A DNA stretch of 64,000 nt from Candidatus Chisholmbacteria bacterium. GTDB taxonomy: Bacteria > Patescibacteriota > Microgenomatia > UBA1400 > Chisholmbacteraceae. The stretch's first letter is position 1, and every line of letters starts with the position of its first letter. Below the pieces are notes generated by a model. The model was given only the letters and a program-made list of their open reading frames with translations. It was not told where the DNA came from and did not search any database. The stretch is taken from the NCBI GenBank assembly GCA_963704905.1, contig CAVPHZ010000001.1:195438-259437 (forward strand), written 5' to 3'. Made by a program: the position numbers and the translations under genes. Positions 19,455 to 31,733 of the stretch are shown in pieces.

Positions 19455-19898
19455 TTACCTCTTATCAGTCCTTTTATTTGCTTTCTTTACTACTTTCTTC
19501 GGTTGTTTCTTTACTTTCTTTTTTTCCACGATATTTTGACTATTTTTATTGTTTTTTTTGACTTCTGAGTTAGTAGTTTCCAATAAAACAGTTAAATGAG
19601 ATGTTCTTTTCATTATTGAATGTGCTCTTCCTCTACTTACTGCACGCCATCGTTTAAATGTTGGTCCCTCATCAACTTGAATACTCTTAAATTCCAATGA
19701 TTGTTCTTTAAGGTCTTCGTTGTTTGCATTAGCTATTGCTTGCTTTATTACTTTTGCAACTATAGGAGCAGCCGCTTTTCTTATAAATGCGAGTTGTTCA
19801 AGTGCTTCTCCTGGTGTTAATTTTCGCACTGCATTGACTGTAAGACGCATTTTTCTTGGACTTACTCGTATGTATTTCTGATGTGCTTTAATAATCAT
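19455..19898 (-). CDS. rplV: 50S ribosomal protein L22
   Basis: KAHQKYIRVSPRKMRLTVNAVRKL; Lys-rich C-terminal tail. Confidence 0.9.
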   Translation of the reverse strand: MIIKAHQKYIRVSPRKMRLTVNAVRKLTPGEALEQLAFIRKAAAPIVAKVIKQAIANANNEDLKEQSLEFKSIQVDEGPTFKRWRAVSRGRAHSIMKRTSHLTVLLETTNSEVKKNNKNSQNIVEKKKVKKQPKKVVKKANKRTDKR

Positions 19899-19911
19899 GA
19901 ATTTGATGTTT

Positions 19912-20196
19912 TTAGGTTTTACTAATAACTCGCTTCACCATTTTTCCATGTCCGTGAAACGTGCGTGTAGGTGAAAATTCCCCGAGTCGATGGCCTACCA
20001 TAGCCTCTGTGATATACACTTCCTTAAAAACTTTTCCTGAATGAATCAGAAATGTATACCCCACAAATTCTGGTGGTATTTGACTCGCTCGTGCCCAAGT
20101 TTTAATTGGCTCTTTCTTTCCACTTACTTGCTGTTTCTGCACTTTTATCAGTAGCTTTTCGTCTACGTATGGTCCTTTTTTTGATGATCTACTCAT
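19912..20196 (-). CDS. rpsS: 30S ribosomal protein S19
   Basis: [16 protein letters not shown]...[16 protein letters not shown]. Confidence 0.95.
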   Translation of the reverse strand: MSRSSKKGPYVDEKLLIKVQKQQVSGKKEPIKTWARASQIPPEFVGYTFLIHSGKVFKEVYITEAMVGHRLGEFSPTRTFHGHGKMVKRVISKT

Positions 20197-20202
20197 ATTT
20201 AA

Positions 20203-21045
20203 TTACTGCTTCACCCGTCTGTCTTTGATAATAAATCTCTTCGAATACTTTTTTACCTGTCTCGTTTTCTTTCCAAGCGTCCTTTTACCCCAAGGGCTTT
20301 TCGGTGACTTGAGACCGATCCCTGATCGACCTTCTCCTCCACCATGAGGGTGTGCACCTGGATGCATGGCTACACCTCGCACTGCTGGTCTAATACCAAT
20401 CAATCTTTTACGACCAGCTTTCCCGAATTTCATTGTCTTCCATTCTTCGTTTCCAACCTGGCCTATAGTTGCTAGGCAATCAAGAAGAATCAGTCTGTGT
20501 TCCTTGCTTGGTAATTGAACGGTTGCATATCTACCCTCTTTCGATTGAATCAAGGCTGCTGTTCCAGCTCCTCTTGCTAATTGTCCGCCTTTCTTAGGTT
20601 GTAATTCAATATTATGAATTGGTGTTCCAACCGGAATATTTCTTAACGGCATTGTGTTTCCGACTTTCACTTCCACATCCACACCTGTCTGCACAACGTC
20701 ATTTATTTTGAGAGTTCCTGGCGCTAATATGTAACGTTTCTCTCCATCTCTGTAGTGGAGTAGTGCAATGTTGGCTTGTCGGTTTGGATCATATTCAATA
20801 GCAACAACTTTTGCAGGAATATTGTGTTTTTCTCTTTTAAAGTCAACTTTCCTCAGTAATCTTTTATGGCCGCCACCCCTATGTCTAACGGTTATTCTAC
20901 CGAATGAATTTCTTCCACCAGATTTTTTTATTGCACCCATCGTCAACGTTTTTTCTGGTCGTTTTTTTGTGACTTTCTTTTTCAAATCGATATCTCTGCG
21001 ATGACGTGTTCCTGGACTTGTGGGTTTTCTTTTGATAATACTCAT
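20203..21045 (-). CDS. rplB: 50S ribosomal protein L2
   Basis: [19 protein letters not shown]...[14 protein letters not shown]. Confidence 0.95.
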   Translation of the reverse strand: MSIIKRKPTSPGTRHRRDIDLKKKVTKKRPEKTLTMGAIKKSGGRNSFGRITVRHRGGGHKRLLRKVDFKREKHNIPAKVVAIEYDPNRQANIALLHYRDGEKRYILAPGTLKINDVVQTGVDVEVKVGNTMPLRNIPVGTPIHNIELQPKKGGQLARGAGTAALIQSKEGRYATVQLPSKEHRLILLDCLATIGQVGNEEWKTMKFGKAGRKRLIGIRPAVRGVAMHPGAHPHGGGEGRSGIGLKSPKSPWGKRTLGKKTRQVKKYSKRFIIKDRRVKQ

Positions 21046-21048
21046 TGT

Positions 21049-21336
21049 TTATCCCTGGGTTTCAAAAATATCAATTGTTTGTCCCTTTTTTAGTTCTACA
21101 ATCGCCTTTTTTTTATCAGGTCGTCGTATTTCTCGTCGAAGTCTTCCAACTCTTTTTCTTTTCCCAGCTATTTTTACAGTTGAAATCTTTGTTACTACCA
21201 CATTAAACGTATCTTCTACGATACTTCTTATCTGACCTTTTGTTGATCGTGGACTTACTTCAAATGTGTAACGATTACTTGAGGTTGCGATCATTGATTT
21301 TTCCGTGATTATTGGTCGAATGAGTATGCTCTTCAT
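21049..21336 (-). CDS. rplW: 50S ribosomal protein L23
   Basis: ILIRPIITEKSM...YTFEV; position between rplD and rplB. Confidence 0.85.
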   Translation of the reverse strand: MKSILIRPIITEKSMIATSSNRYTFEVSPRSTKGQIRSIVEDTFNVVVTKISTVKIAGKRKRVGRLRREIRRPDKKKAIVELKKGQTIDIFETQG

Positions 21337-22079
21337 TTTTCCTTTCTTGCTGTCGATTTCGTTGTTTTCTTTGGTGAATTTGTTTTCCCTATCTTGCTCT
21401 TTTTTAATCCTGCAACAAGCTCTTTCTTATCTTTAATGTTGATTAAGAACGTTTCTTTCATTGTATTAATCGCATCCTTCATCACCACCATGAATCCTGC
21501 GTTCATTACTTCATACGTGTTCATTTTTTTTGCTGAGATGAGATCGACATTATTTAGATTTTGTGCTGATCTTTTTATCATTGTTGAATCTTTCGTGACA
21601 ATAATTGAAGCTTTAGGTTCTTCGCTTTTTACCTTTTTTTTCAAGATATCGAGCGTTTGCTTCATTATTTTGGTTTTTGGTTCAAGTTTTTCTAATCCTT
21701 GAACAACAACGAGTTGCTTATCACTTACCTTCTGACTTAATGCTGAAAAAAGTGCATTTCGACGCATCTTTTTTGAAAGTTTGAGTTTTACATTTTGGTC
21801 ACCTCTGGGTCCATGTGCAACACCGCCTCCGACAAATATTGGCGCATATCTGTCTCCATGACGAGCTCTTCCTGTTCCTTTTTGTCTGTATATTTTTCTT
21901 GTTGATCCTGTAATTTCTCCTCGACTTTTTACTTTGGCAGTTCCTTGTCTCTTATTTGCTAAATACACACGAACAGCCTGCGCCATGAGAATGTAGTTAG
22001 GCTTTTTAGCGAACATCTCATCAGGAAGAGATATCTTTCCTGATGCATTTCCTTTGGTGTCGATTACATTTAGTTGCAT
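21333..22079 (-). CDS. rplD: 50S ribosomal protein L4
   Basis: RQGTAKVKSRGEITGSTRKIYRQKGTGRARHGDRYAPIFVGGGVAHGP. Confidence 0.9.
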   Translation of the reverse strand: MQLNVIDTKGNASGKISLPDEMFAKKPNYILMAQAVRVYLANKRQGTAKVKSRGEITGSTRKIYRQKGTGRARHGDRYAPIFVGGGVAHGPRGDQNVKLKLSKKMRRNALFSALSQKVSDKQLVVVQGLEKLEPKTKIMKQTLDILKKKVKSEEPKASIIVTKDSTMIKRSAQNLNNVDLISAKKMNTYEVMNAGFMVVMKDAINTMKETFLINIKDKKELVAGLKKSKIGKTNSPKKTTKSTARKEK

Positions 22080-22085
22080 ACTTGA

Positions 22086-22877
22086 TTATTGTGTCTTTGG
22101 ATTCAGTTGTTTGTTCGGTTTACTTGTTTCCTCAGTCTCAATCTCCAACGTTTTTGAATCTTTTTCGTCCTTTGTTTCCTCCATTTGTATTTTAGTGTTA
22201 TCTTTGTTGTCTTTATCTGCTAAACCAGGAAATTCTTTTACCTCACCCACTTTTTTTATCATAAGAATTTCGTCTCTTTTCCCTGGAACTTGACCTTTGA
22301 TCCACATCGTTCCATCCGCATCAAGCTTCACAATTAGTAAATTGCGAAGAGTTACTTTCTCTCCTCCGCTTCTTCCTGGCATCTTTTTGCCTTTATGGAC
22401 TCTTCCTGGGTCCGATCCTTGTCCTATAGATCCAGGAGCCCGTTGTCTATCAGATTGCCCATGCGTACGAGGTCCACCACTAAATCCCCATCGTTTCATC
22501 ACTCCGGTAAATCCTTTTCCTTTGCTTACACCTGTCACATTTACAAGATCGCCAACTTTAAGTACTTTGTCTGCAGTAATTGTTTCGCCGACTTCAACTT
22601 CAAGTTCACCTTCAATCGTTATTTCTTTTAGTGTTCTTGGAATAAATTCGTTTTTCTGAATTACTTTCCTAAGATGACCTTGCAATGGTTCAGTTGTTTT
22701 TCTCAGCGGTTTTTTTCCAAATCCTATTTGAACCGCTTGATATTTATCTGTCTGATTTGTTTTTATTTGTGTCACAACGCAAGGACCTGCCTGCACTTGT
22801 GTGACTGGAATTCTTCTTCCATCAGAAAGAAATACTTGGTTCATTTCTTTTTTGGCTGCCAGTATTGAATCGATCAT
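22086..22877 (-). CDS. rplC: 50S ribosomal protein L3
   Basis: FTGVMKRWGFSGGPRTHGQSDRQRAPGSIG; acidic/Lys-rich C-terminal extension. Confidence 0.9.
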   Translation of the reverse strand: MIDSILAAKKEMNQVFLSDGRRIPVTQVQAGPCVVTQIKTNQTDKYQAVQIGFGKKPLRKTTEPLQGHLRKVIQKNEFIPRTLKEITIEGELEVEVGETITADKVLKVGDLVNVTGVSKGKGFTGVMKRWGFSGGPRTHGQSDRQRAPGSIGQGSDPGRVHKGKKMPGRSGGEKVTLRNLLIVKLDADGTMWIKGQVPGKRDEILMIKKVGEVKEFPGLADKDNKDNTKIQMEETKDEKDSKTLEIETEETSKPNKQLNPKTQ

Positions 22878-22916
22878 AATGTTTAATTTTTGTATCGTAA
22901 CTGTTGCTTAAGCAAC

Positions 22917-22938
22917 AAAAAACGATCCCGATGGATCG
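22917..22938 (-). terminator. Intrinsic-terminator-like hairpin between rpsJ and rplC, a possible attenuator
   Basis: The minus-strand RNA reads CGAUCC-AUCG-GGAUCG followed by UUUUUU (plus-strand A-run 22917-22922; stem 22923-22938). A perfect 14-nt palindrome GTTGCTTAAGCAAC lies at 22900-22913. Confidence 0.4.
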
Positions 22939-23048
22939 CTATTATTGGCTCTCCTTACGGTGTGGTTAATTAGTCTTGATTTATATCTCTATTCCCAACA
23001 TTGCCTCCTCTAGCAAGTCTGGGTGCATTTTTTTATAAAAAATGCTGT

Positions 23049-23357
23049 CTACATCTTTATCTCAATACCAACTCCTGCGGGCAGTTCAAGGTGCATGAGC
23101 GAATCGATCGTTTTATTTGTCGGTTCGGTTATGTCAATGAGACGCTTGTGAGTCAAGATCTGGTAATGATCCCTTGCGTCTTTGTCAGTGTGTGGGCTGG
23201 TTAGTACTGTGATCAACTTCCGGTCGGTTGGAAGCGGAACTGGACCCACCACCTTTGCCCCAGTTGCCAGGGCCGTTTCTAAGATCTTGGCCGAGGCTTC
23301 GTCGATGACTCTATGATCGTAGCTTTTTAAACGTACTCTTATTCTGCCCTTCGGCAT
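23049..23357 (-). CDS. rpsJ: 30S ribosomal protein S10
   Basis: [14 protein letters not shown]... Confidence 0.95.
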   Translation of the reverse strand: MPKGRIRVRLKSYDHRVIDEASAKILETALATGAKVVGPVPLPTDRKLITVLTSPHTDKDARDHYQILTHKRLIDITEPTNKTIDSLMHLELPAGVGIEIKM

Positions 23358-23413
23358 GTCTAGACTAAAAAGACAACGTTTGTTCGTTGTCTTTTTACGT
23401 TTTCTTTTTTACT

Positions 23414-24610
23414 TTACTTAATAATCTTTGTAATTGCTCCTGCTCCGATTGTGTGTCCACCCTCACGAATTGCGAATCTAAAGTTTTCCTCCATAGCGAC
23501 TGGTTGAATGAGTTTGACAATCATTTTTGCATTATCTCCTGGCATGACCATTTCAACGCCTTCGGGTAGTTTTACTTCTCCAGTCACGTCAGTTGTTCTG
23601 ATAAAAAACTGAGGTTTATATCCTGAAAAGAATGGCGTTTTTCTTCCACCTTCATCTTTGCTAAGGATATACACTTCTGCTTCAAATTCAGTATGAGGTG
23701 TAATCGTACCTGGTTTTGCCAGTACTTGACCACGTTCAACATCATCTTTTTCTATTCCTCGAAGTAATACACCAACATTGTCTCCAGCTTGTGCATCATC
23801 CAGTAATTTTCTAAACATCTCAATTCCGGTAACGACAGTTTTGGAAGTATCGCGGAGTCCAACGATTTCAATTTCTTCGTTGACTTTAATCTTACCTCGT
23901 TCGACTCTTCCGGTAACGACAGTGCCTCTTCCTTTAATTGAAAAAACGTCTTCAATCGGCATGAGGAATGGTTTATCAATATCTCTGGTAGGTTGAGGAA
24001 TATATTCATCCACTTTCGCCATCAGCTCAAGTATTTGTTTTTGTGCTTCTGCATCTCCTTCATACGCCTTTAGCGCTGAACCTCGAACAAATGGAATTTC
24101 ATCTCCTGGATATTCATATTTTGTAAGTAACTCTCTAATTTCGAGCTCAACAAGATCAATAAGTTCTGGATCGTCAACTGCATCAACTTTATTGAGAAAC
24201 ACCACCATGGCAGGAACATTAACTTGTCTTGCAAGAAGAACATGTTCTCTTGTTTGTGGCATTGGTCCATCAGCAGCAGCGACTACTAAAATTGCACCAT
24301 CCATTTGAGCGGCGCCGGTAATCATGTTTTTGATGTAATCCTCATGTCCAGGGGCGTCAATGTGAGCATAGTGACGTTTTTCTGTTTCATACTCAACATG
24401 AGTGATGTTAATTGTCACACCACGCTCCTTTTCTTCAGGAGCATTATCAATGTCATAGAACTCCATTGCTTTTGTTGGGTTGTTTGGCTGAGTTGAAAGT
24501 ACTTTGGTAATTGCCGCTGTCAACGTTGTTTTTCCATGGTCAACATGACCAATGGTTCCAATGTTAACGTGTGGCTTATTTCGTTCAAATTTTTTCTTGT
24601 CTACTGCCAT
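23414..24610 (-). CDS. tuf: Elongation factor Tu
   Basis: 398 aa; [15 protein letters not shown]...DAPGHEDY...NKVD. Confidence 0.97.
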   Translation of the reverse strand: MAVDKKKFERNKPHVNIGTIGHVDHGKTTLTAAITKVLSTQPNNPTKAMEFYDIDNAPEEKERGVTINITHVEYETEKRHYAHIDAPGHEDYIKNMITGAAQMDGAILVVAAADGPMPQTREHVLLARQVNVPAMVVFLNKVDAVDDPELIDLVELEIRELLTKYEYPGDEIPFVRGSALKAYEGDAEAQKQILELMAKVDEYIPQPTRDIDKPFLMPIEDVFSIKGRGTVVTGRVERGKIKVNEEIEIVGLRDTSKTVVTGIEMFRKLLDDAQAGDNVGVLLRGIEKDDVERGQVLAKPGTITPHTEFEAEVYILSKDEGGRKTPFFSGYKPQFFIRTTDVTGEVKLPEGVEMVMPGDNAKMIVKLIQPVAMEENFRFAIREGGHTIGAGAITKIIK

Positions 24611-24672
24611 GAAGCCTCCGTTAATAATTTTCTTTAATAATTGCTAAGTAATTTATAATTTTCTTCTAATAA

Positions 24673-26798
24673 TTATTCCTTGCCGATAATTGTTTCGGCA
24701 ATATTTCCAGGAACCTCATCATAGTGACTGGGCTCCATATAATACGACGCTCTTCCCTGCGTCATGCTGCGCAGTATTGTAGCATATCTTGAGAGCTCTG
24801 CCAAGGGAACCAGAGCTGTGATGATACGAACTTTTGCGCGTGTTTTGGTGTCTAATATTTGCGCCCGCTTACTCGAAAGATCACCAATAACTTCTCCCAT
24901 GAATTCTTCTGGGCAGGTTACTTCTGCTTTCATGATTGGTTCTAGGAGTATGAGATCGGCTTGCTTGACTGCTGACTGTAAAGCGCATGACCCGGCTATC
25001 TTAAAAGCTATTTCAGAAGAATCGACTTCGTGAAAGGTACCATCATATACAGCAACTTTAATATCTACGATTGGAAACCCTCCAAGGACACCATTTTCCA
25101 TAGCTTCTTTTACTCCCTTTTCCACCGCTGGAATAAATTCTCTGGGAATAGCTCCACCTGTTATTTCGTTTACAAATTCAAATCCTTCACCTCGATTTTT
25201 TGGTTCAACACGCAAGAAACAGTGACCATATTGACCACGACCTCCAGTTTGTCTGATGTATTTACCTTCAGCTTCGGCGACTTTTTTAATGGTTTCTTTG
25301 TATGCAACTTGAGGATTTCCAGTATTGGCTTCAACTTTAAATTCACGCTTCATTCTATCCACAATAATCTCTAGATGAAGTTCTCCCATTCCAGAAATAA
25401 TTGTTTGACCAGTATCTTGATTCACCTTTGTCTTGAAGGTAGGATCTTCTTCACCAAGTTTTGCAAGAGCAAGTCCCATTTTTTCTTGATCTTGTTTGGT
25501 TTTCGGTTCAATGGCCAGTGAAATAACTGGATCGGTGAATTCTATTCCTTCAAATATTATGGGATGATTTTCGTCTGCGAGAGTGTCACCAGTTGTGGTT
25601 TTGTTCACTCCAACAACAGCTACTATTTCACCTGCCTCTGCATCTTCAATTTCTTCTCTCTGGTTGGCATGCATAAAAAGTAGTCGCCCAACTCGTTGCT
25701 TTTCTTCCTTGGTCACGTTGGTAGCATATGAACCGGCTTTGAGGCTTCCTGAGTAAATACGAATATAGGTAAGCCTACCGACATGAGGATCTGTTTGAAC
25801 TTTGAAGGCTAATGACGAAAATGGTTCCTCTTTATCAGGTTTTCGTTGTTCTTCTTCTTGAAGTTTTAGGATTCAGCCCTTTAGCGGGCTCCACATCTAG
25901 CGGACTGGGAAGATAGTCAACAACTGCATCAAGAAGAGGTTGTACTCCTTTATTTCGAAGAGAAGAACCACAAAAAATTGGAACTAGTTTGTTTGAAATG
26001 GTTGCTTTTCTTAGAGCGATTTTTACCTCAATGATATCTAGTTCTTGATCGTTTAAGATATTTTTCGGTTAATTTATCATCCGTTTCAGCAATCTTTTCA
26101 ATAAGCTGGTTTTGTCTCTTTTTAGCCTCTGCTTGTAGTTCTTCAGGAATGTCACCAATAGTGTATTTTGCTCCAGTTTCGTCACCTTCCCAAATTAGCG
26201 CTTTTTGCTCTAGAAGTTGAATGACTCCTTTGAAACTGCTTTCAACTCCGATTGGGAGTGCCATAATCGCTGTATTGGCTCCGAGTTTTTCTTCGACGTC
26301 TTTTACTGTCTCAAGAAAATTGGCCCCGAGCTTATCCATTTTGTTTACAAAACAGATCCTGGGAACCTCATATTTGTCTGCTTGATGCCAGACTGTTTCT
26401 GACTGAGATTGCACGCCTTCTTCAGCATCAAGAACGGTGATTCCTCCATCTAACACGCGCAAAGAGCGCTCGACTTCGGCGGTGAAATCGACATGGCCAG
26501 GTGTATCGATGATATTAATTCTATGAGGTTGGGAATTTAACGCTCCTTCAATCTGAGGAGTCCAAAACGTGGTCGTAGCGGCAGACATGATTGTAATGCC
26601 TCTTTCTTTTTCTTGTTCCATCCAATCCATTTGGGTTGTTCCTTCATCGATGTCTCCAATCTTATAGGACTTTCCAGTGTAATAAAGGATTCTCTCTGTA
26701 GTTGTTGTTTTTCCAGCATCAATATGGGCAATAATTCCAATGTTACGAATCTTATCCATTGGAACTTTTCTTTCTGTACTGGTTTTATGTGGTGCCAT
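24673..26798 (-). pseudogene. fusA: Elongation factor G, interrupted by two +1 frameshifts
   Basis: The N-terminal G-domain ORF (26028..26798; [13 protein letters not shown]) and the C-terminal ORF (24673..25716; domains III-V) are both EF-G. Manual translation of 25717-26060 shows an uninterrupted EF-G middle segment ([13 protein letters not shown]...[18 protein letters not shown]) in a third frame. The frame changes at plus coordinates ~26052-26056 (RC CTTAAAC) and ~25864-25867 (RC CCTAAAACTT). Each behaves as a single-nucleotide insertion in a short A-run. Confidence 0.85.
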
Positions 26799-26862
26799 AC
26801 TGGTCCTTAAAACATTTAAAACGGGCTATTTCTCCTTGCCCGTTTTTTTCTCTCGAACATCT

Positions 26863-27342
26863 TTACCATCGAAAATGTGCAAATGCTTTGTTGGCTTCTG
26901 CCATTTTGTGCGCTGTGATCTTCTTTTGAAACGCGTTCCCCTCACCGTTGGAAGCCTCGATGATTTCTTGCGCTAATTTCTGTGAGAATCTGTGAAACTC
27001 CCTATTTGGCCTTTTTCTTGCTCCTTCAACTAACCAACGTAAGGCAAGTGATGTTCCGCGCCGTCCCTTGATTGGAGTGGGAACCTGGTACGCAGCACCT
27101 CCGACGCGCCTGGATCGGACTTCCATTTGAGGGGTGATGTTTCTCAGTGCAGTTTCAAATACTTCGATTGGATCTTTTTTTTGACGCTGCTTAATAATCT
27201 CTAAGGTGTCATAGACATGACGCTCGGCAACAGTTTTTTTTCCACTCTTCATAATCTTTTTTATAAGATTTGAGACAAGTTTATTATTGAAGATTGGATC
27301 TGGTTCGATAATTCTTGGTTTTATTCTTCCAGTTCTTGGCAT
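26863..27342 (-). CDS. rpsG: 30S ribosomal protein S7
   Basis: MPRTGRIKPRIIEPDPIFNNKLVSNLI. Confidence 0.95.
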   Translation of the reverse strand: MPRTGRIKPRIIEPDPIFNNKLVSNLIKKIMKSGKKTVAERHVYDTLEIIKQRQKKDPIEVFETALRNITPQMEVRSRRVGGAAYQVPTPIKGRRGTSLALRWLVEGARKRPNREFHRFSQKLAQEIIEASNGEGNAFQKKITAHKMAEANKAFAHFRW

Positions 27343-27351
27343 TCTATTCTC

Positions 27352-27825
27352 CTATTGTGAGGCCTCCTGAGTTTGTTCTTGATTACTTTCAGTTTCTGTG
27401 CCTGAAACTGAACTTTTACCACCCTTTCTTGTTCCGTATTTTGATCTTCCTTTTTTTCTATTCTCCACGCCAGTTGCATCATATACCCCACGAATGACAT
27501 GGTACTTCACTCCGGGCAGATCTTTAACCCTACCACCGCGAACAAGGACAATTGAGTGTTCTGCAAGCTCGTGTCCTTCTCCAGGTATGTAAGCGGTTAT
27601 TTCTTGCTTATTACTTAACCTTACACGTGCGACTTTTCGGAGTGCTGAATTTGGTTTCTTGGGTGTCATGGTTTTGACTACAACACATACACCGCGTTTT
27701 TGCGGGTTAATGGTGTCTACCATTGAACGCTTTTGCGCATTAAATGAACGCCGAAGTGCTGTGGCTTTTATTTTCCTTCTCGTTTTTTTTCGATGCTTCT
27801 TCACTAGTTGGTTTATGGTTGGCAT
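27352..27825 (-). CDS. rpsL: 30S ribosomal protein S12
   Basis: [14 protein letters not shown]...[17 protein letters not shown]; roughly 30-aa C-terminal extension. Confidence 0.95.
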   Translation of the reverse strand: MPTINQLVKKHRKKTRRKIKATALRRSFNAQKRSMVDTINPQKRGVCVVVKTMTPKKPNSALRKVARVRLSNKQEITAYIPGEGHELAEHSIVLVRGGRVKDLPGVKYHVIRGVYDATGVENRKKGRSKYGTRKGGKSSVSGTETESNQEQTQEASQ

Positions 27826-27844
27826 TGGATTCCCGCTTATTGAA

Positions 27845-27866
27845 CAAAAAAACGGCCTTCGCCGCT
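27845..27866 (-). terminator. Intrinsic terminator downstream of rpoC
   Basis: The minus-strand RNA reads CGGC-GAAG-GCCG followed by UUUUUUU (plus-strand A7 at 27845-27851; stem at 27852-27863). Confidence 0.5.
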
Positions 27867-28022
27867 TCCTCTCCGCTGTAAAATTGTATGTTCGATTTTA
27901 CCTTCGAGTCACGGCCTCCTTATATTTGGTTACTATTGTGTTAGTATCAGCGTAATTATTCGTAATCACTTTTCCCGATCGTTATTGTAACACACCTGGA
28001 TCTTACCCTCAATAACAGCTGG

Positions 28023-31000
28023 TTATTCTTCTTCGATATACTCAGCTTTTTCTTTATCAACAGGAATTAGTCTTCCGATAATAACATTTTCTTTCAAACC
28101 TAAGAGTTTATCTTCTTTCCCAAGTACTGCTGCTCCTGTGAGTATGCTGGTTGTTTCTTGAAATGATGCTGCGGATAACCACGATTCGGTGTACAAGGAT
28201 GCTCTAGTTATTCCTAGGATTACGATCTGCGCTGTTGCAGGTTCACCACCCTCTGCAAGCACTCCCTGATTTTCCTCATCAAATTTTTCCTTATCAATGA
28301 GTTCACCTGGGAGCAAGTCGGTGTCTCCAGTCGTTTCAATTTTTACCTTATCGCACATTTTGCGAATGATCAGTTCAAAATGTCTGTCGTTGATTGGTAT
28401 TCCTTGACTCTCATATACTGCTTGAATTTCCTCGAGTAAGTAGTTCTGCGCCTCTCTCAACCCTCGTATCTTAAGAACTTCTTTTATATCCAAGCTTCCG
28501 GAGGAGATTTGTTCTCCAACGCTGATGAGATCACTTGTTTTTACCCGTAAAGTTGAAGTTAGTGGAACAATATATTGACGCTCTTCGACCGGTTTTCCAC
28601 TTCCACGCACTGTAACTTCATATCCTTTTTTGGTTTCTTGAACTTCAACCTTACCGATGATTTCGCTAAGTGGCGAGACGATTTTCGCGGTTCTTGCTTC
28701 AAATAGTTCTTCAACACGAGGAAGACCTTGTGTTACGTCAAGTCCTACAATTCCTCCTGTGTGTTTTACCCGCATCGTAAGTTGGGTACCTGGTTCACCG
28801 ATAGACTGTGCTGCAAGAACACCTACAGGAGTACCTATTTCAACAAGCTTTTTATTTGAAAAGTCCCAACCGTAGCATTGACGACATATCCCGTACTTCG
28901 TTTCACAGGTAAGCGGGGAGCGAATATGAATTTTTTCTATGCTGGTCTTTTCGATATCCTTGAGAATTTCATCTGAAATCAACTCTCCTTTATTAACCAA
29001 GACTTTTTTGGTTTTTGGATGAATAACTTTCTTGGCAACTACCCTGCCAATAACTCTGGTTAAAAATATTCGCTTTCGGTTTCCTGTTGCTTCGATAGTT
29101 ATGAATTTATCTGTTTTACAATCTTGTTGTCTTACAATTACGTCATGGGCCACATCGACGAGCCTTCTGGTAAGATATCCTGCGTCAGCTGTTTTTAAAG
29201 CTGAGTCAGTCAATCCCTTTCGAGATCCTCTGGCAGAAGTGACATATTCAAAAACTGAGAGCCCTTCACGGAAATTTGACTTGGTGGGTAGTTCGACAAT
29301 CTTTCCCAGCGGATCTACTACTAATCCTCGCATGGCGGCGAGTTGTTTTACCTGATCTTTGCTGGCTCGAGTTCCTCCAGAATCAATGCTAATTTTAATT
29401 GCGTTTTGATCTTCAAAGTTCTCCCATGTGCGCTCAGCAATTTCGTCTGTTGTCTCCATCCAAATCTCGTTACTTAATCGTTTTTTTTCGTCTTCCGTAA
29501 TTAGTCCTTGTTTATAATTTTCTTGTACATCTTCGGCTTTTTTGTTCGCAACATCGATTAAAATATCCTTATCTTTAATTATTTTACAGTCGGAAACTGC
29601 AATTGATAATCCGGATTTTGTTGCGGAATAAAAACCAATATTTTTTAGATTATCGATTAAATCACTGGTTTCTTCCTCTGGAAGTGAAAATACTGCTTTT
29701 CGAATGAGTTCCTTTATCTCTGCTTGGTTGATTGGGTGGTTCATGAATCTAAACGATTCAGGAATCATCTGGTTAAACATGATTCTCCCGACAGTTGTTT
29801 CGATGATTTCTGTCTTTTCTCTAATGGTTACTCTTACGTCAATTAATTGACGCAGCTTGATCTGACCCATGTGATAAGCACGCGTCGCTTCAGTTTCAGA
29901 CTCAAATATAGTAGAAGATTTTTCTTCAGTTAGAACAGTTGCTGTGAGGTAGTAACATCCAAGCGCCATTTCTTTGTTTGGAGTCGATATTGGTGAACCG
30001 TCTGCAGGTTTCAATAGATTCGCTTTCGGTGTCATGAGTGCAGCTGATTCAGCTTGAGCCACATTTCCGAGTGGAATATGAACAGCCATTTGATCACCAT
30101 CAAAGTCAGCATTAAACCCTTGACAGATACAAGGATGAATTCGTATCGCATTCCCTTCTACTAATATTGGGAAAAAGGCTTGGATTCCTAACTTATGTAG
30201 AGTCGGTGCGCGGTTTAGTAATACTGGGTGGTTTTGAGTGATATTTTCTAAAATATCATAAACTTCTGGTGCCCTTCTCTCGAGAATATGCTTGGCTGAC
30301 TTTACATTTGGTGCAATACCTTTCATGATGAGTTCTCGCAGTACATATGGTTTGAACATTTCCAATGCCATCTCTTTTGGTATACCGCATTGATTGAGCT
30401 TCAGCTCTGGACCAACAATAATGACTGATCTCCCTGAGTAATCCACGCGCTTCCCAAGAAGATTCTGTCTGAAGCGCCCTTGTTTTCCGCGAAGCATGTC
30501 GGATAATGACCGCAGCTGTCGAGTGGTTCTTCTCCTTCTTGTTGAGCGAGATTGCGATGCGTCAATTAAAGCATCAACTGCCTCTTGGAGCATCCTCTTT
30601 TCATTTCTGAGAATGATTTCTGGTGCTCCGAGATCGATGAGATGTTTTAACCGATTGTTTCTGTTAATTACACGGCGGTATAAGTCGTTGAGATCGCTGG
30701 TTGCAAATCTTCCCCCAGAGAGCTGCACCATTGGACGAAGATCTGGTGGAATAACAGGAAGTATTTTGAGAATCATCCAGGATGGATCGATGCCTGCTTT
30801 TTTAAGACCTGTAATTACACGTAGTCTTTTGGTTGCTTTCACTTGACGCTGGCCAGTGAATTTCCTACTTTGCTCACGCAATATTGCCATGAGTTCTTCG
30901 AAATCTGTTGTTCGTACGAGTTCGAGAATAGATTCTGCTCCCATTCCAACTTCCAAATGCGTTGCTGCATCATACTCAGAGAGTTTGAGATATTCGTCTT

Positions 31001-31733
31001 CTGTTAAAAGCACACCTTTTTTTGCTCTCTTTACCATATCTTTGACTGTTTTAAATACCTCTTCAGCATTTTGTTGTTCTTGATGGAGAGTGTCTCTGAG
31101 ACTGGCAATTTCTTGCTTGGATTTCAATCTTCTCTCTTCAGATGAAAGCTCTCGTTGTTCTTTCGACTTTACCTTATTTTTTATTTCATCTAATTCGGTC
31201 TTTAAACTTTCTTCAACTTTCTTTTCCTGTTCTACGGTAATTTTCTCGAGTTCTTCTTTCTTTTCTTTGAGTTTTCTATCCAGCTCACTAATGATTTTCT
31301 TTCGCTCATCTTCATCTATATTTAAGATGATGTATTGAGCAAAGTAGATCACTGAGGCAAGATTTCTTGGGGAAATATCAAGAAGCAGTGAAAGTTTTGA
31401 TGGTGTTCCTTTAAAAAACCAGACATGTGCTACAGGAGCTGCTAAGTTTATATGACCCATGCGCTCTCGACGAACTCGACTCTGTGTTACTTCAACACCA
31501 CACTTATCGCAGATAATTCCACGATATCGGATTCGCTTATATTTGCCGCAGTAGCATTCCCAATCTTTTGTCGGTCCGAATATGCGCTCACAGAATAATC
31601 CATCTTTTTCTGGTTTAAGGGTTCTATAGTTGATTGTCTCGGGCTTAATTACTTCTCCATGTGACCAAGAAAGTATTATTTCAGGTGAAGCAAGCATTAT
31701 TTTTAAACCTGTAAAATCTACGATATTTTTCAT
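28023..31733 (-). CDS. rpoC: DNA-directed RNA polymerase subunit beta'
   Basis: 1236 aa; the [12 protein letters not shown] catalytic motif and Zn-binding CxxC motifs are present. Confidence 0.97.
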   Translation of the reverse strand: MKNIVDFTGLKIMLASPEIILSWSHGEVIKPETINYRTLKPEKDGLFCERIFGPTKDWECYCGKYKRIRYRGIICDKCGVEVTQSRVRRERMGHINLAAPVAHVWFFKGTPSKLSLLLDISPRNLASVIYFAQYIILNIDEDERKKIISELDRKLKEKKEELEKITVEQEKKVEESLKTELDEIKNKVKSKEQRELSSEERRLKSKQEIASLRDTLHQEQQNAEEVFKTVKDMVKRAKKGVLLTEDEYLKLSEYDAATHLEVGMGAESILELVRTTDFEELMAILREQSRKFTGQRQVKATKRLRVITGLKKAGIDPSWMILKILPVIPPDLRPMVQLSGGRFATSDLNDLYRRVINRNNRLKHLIDLGAPEIILRNEKRMLQEAVDALIDASQSRSTRRRRTTRQLRSLSDMLRGKQGRFRQNLLGKRVDYSGRSVIIVGPELKLNQCGIPKEMALEMFKPYVLRELIMKGIAPNVKSAKHILERRAPEVYDILENITQNHPVLLNRAPTLHKLGIQAFFPILVEGNAIRIHPCICQGFNADFDGDQMAVHIPLGNVAQAESAALMTPKANLLKPADGSPISTPNKEMALGCYYLTATVLTEEKSSTIFESETEATRAYHMGQIKLRQLIDVRVTIREKTEIIETTVGRIMFNQMIPESFRFMNHPINQAEIKELIRKAVFSLPEEETSDLIDNLKNIGFYSATKSGLSIAVSDCKIIKDKDILIDVANKKAEDVQENYKQGLITEDEKKRLSNEIWMETTDEIAERTWENFEDQNAIKISIDSGGTRASKDQVKQLAAMRGLVVDPLGKIVELPTKSNFREGLSVFEYVTSARGSRKGLTDSALKTADAGYLTRRLVDVAHDVIVRQQDCKTDKFITIEATGNRKRIFLTRVIGRVVAKKVIHPKTKKVLVNKGELISDEILKDIEKTSIEKIHIRSPLTCETKYGICRQCYGWDFSNKKLVEIGTPVGVLAAQSIGEPGTQLTMRVKHTGGIVGLDVTQGLPRVEELFEARTAKIVSPLSEIIGKVEVQETKKGYEVTVRGSGKPVEERQYIVPLTSTLRVKTSDLISVGEQISSGSLDIKEVLKIRGLREAQNYLLEEIQAVYESQGIPINDRHFELIIRKMCDKVKIETTGDTDLLPGELIDKEKFDEENQGVLAEGGEPATAQIVILGITRASLYTESWLSAASFQETTSILTGAAVLGKEDKLLGLKENVIIGRLIPVDKEKAEYIEEE

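Noticed and set aside
25717-26027. The 311-nt gap between the two fusA ORFs as an intergenic region or ncRNA.
   Set aside because: Manual translation shows it encodes the contiguous EF-G middle segment in a third frame.
26052-26056. Programmed +1 ribosomal frameshifting in fusA.
   Set aside because: Two independent sites within one essential gene and no known precedent. Both sites are short homopolymers, which is the typical location of consensus errors.
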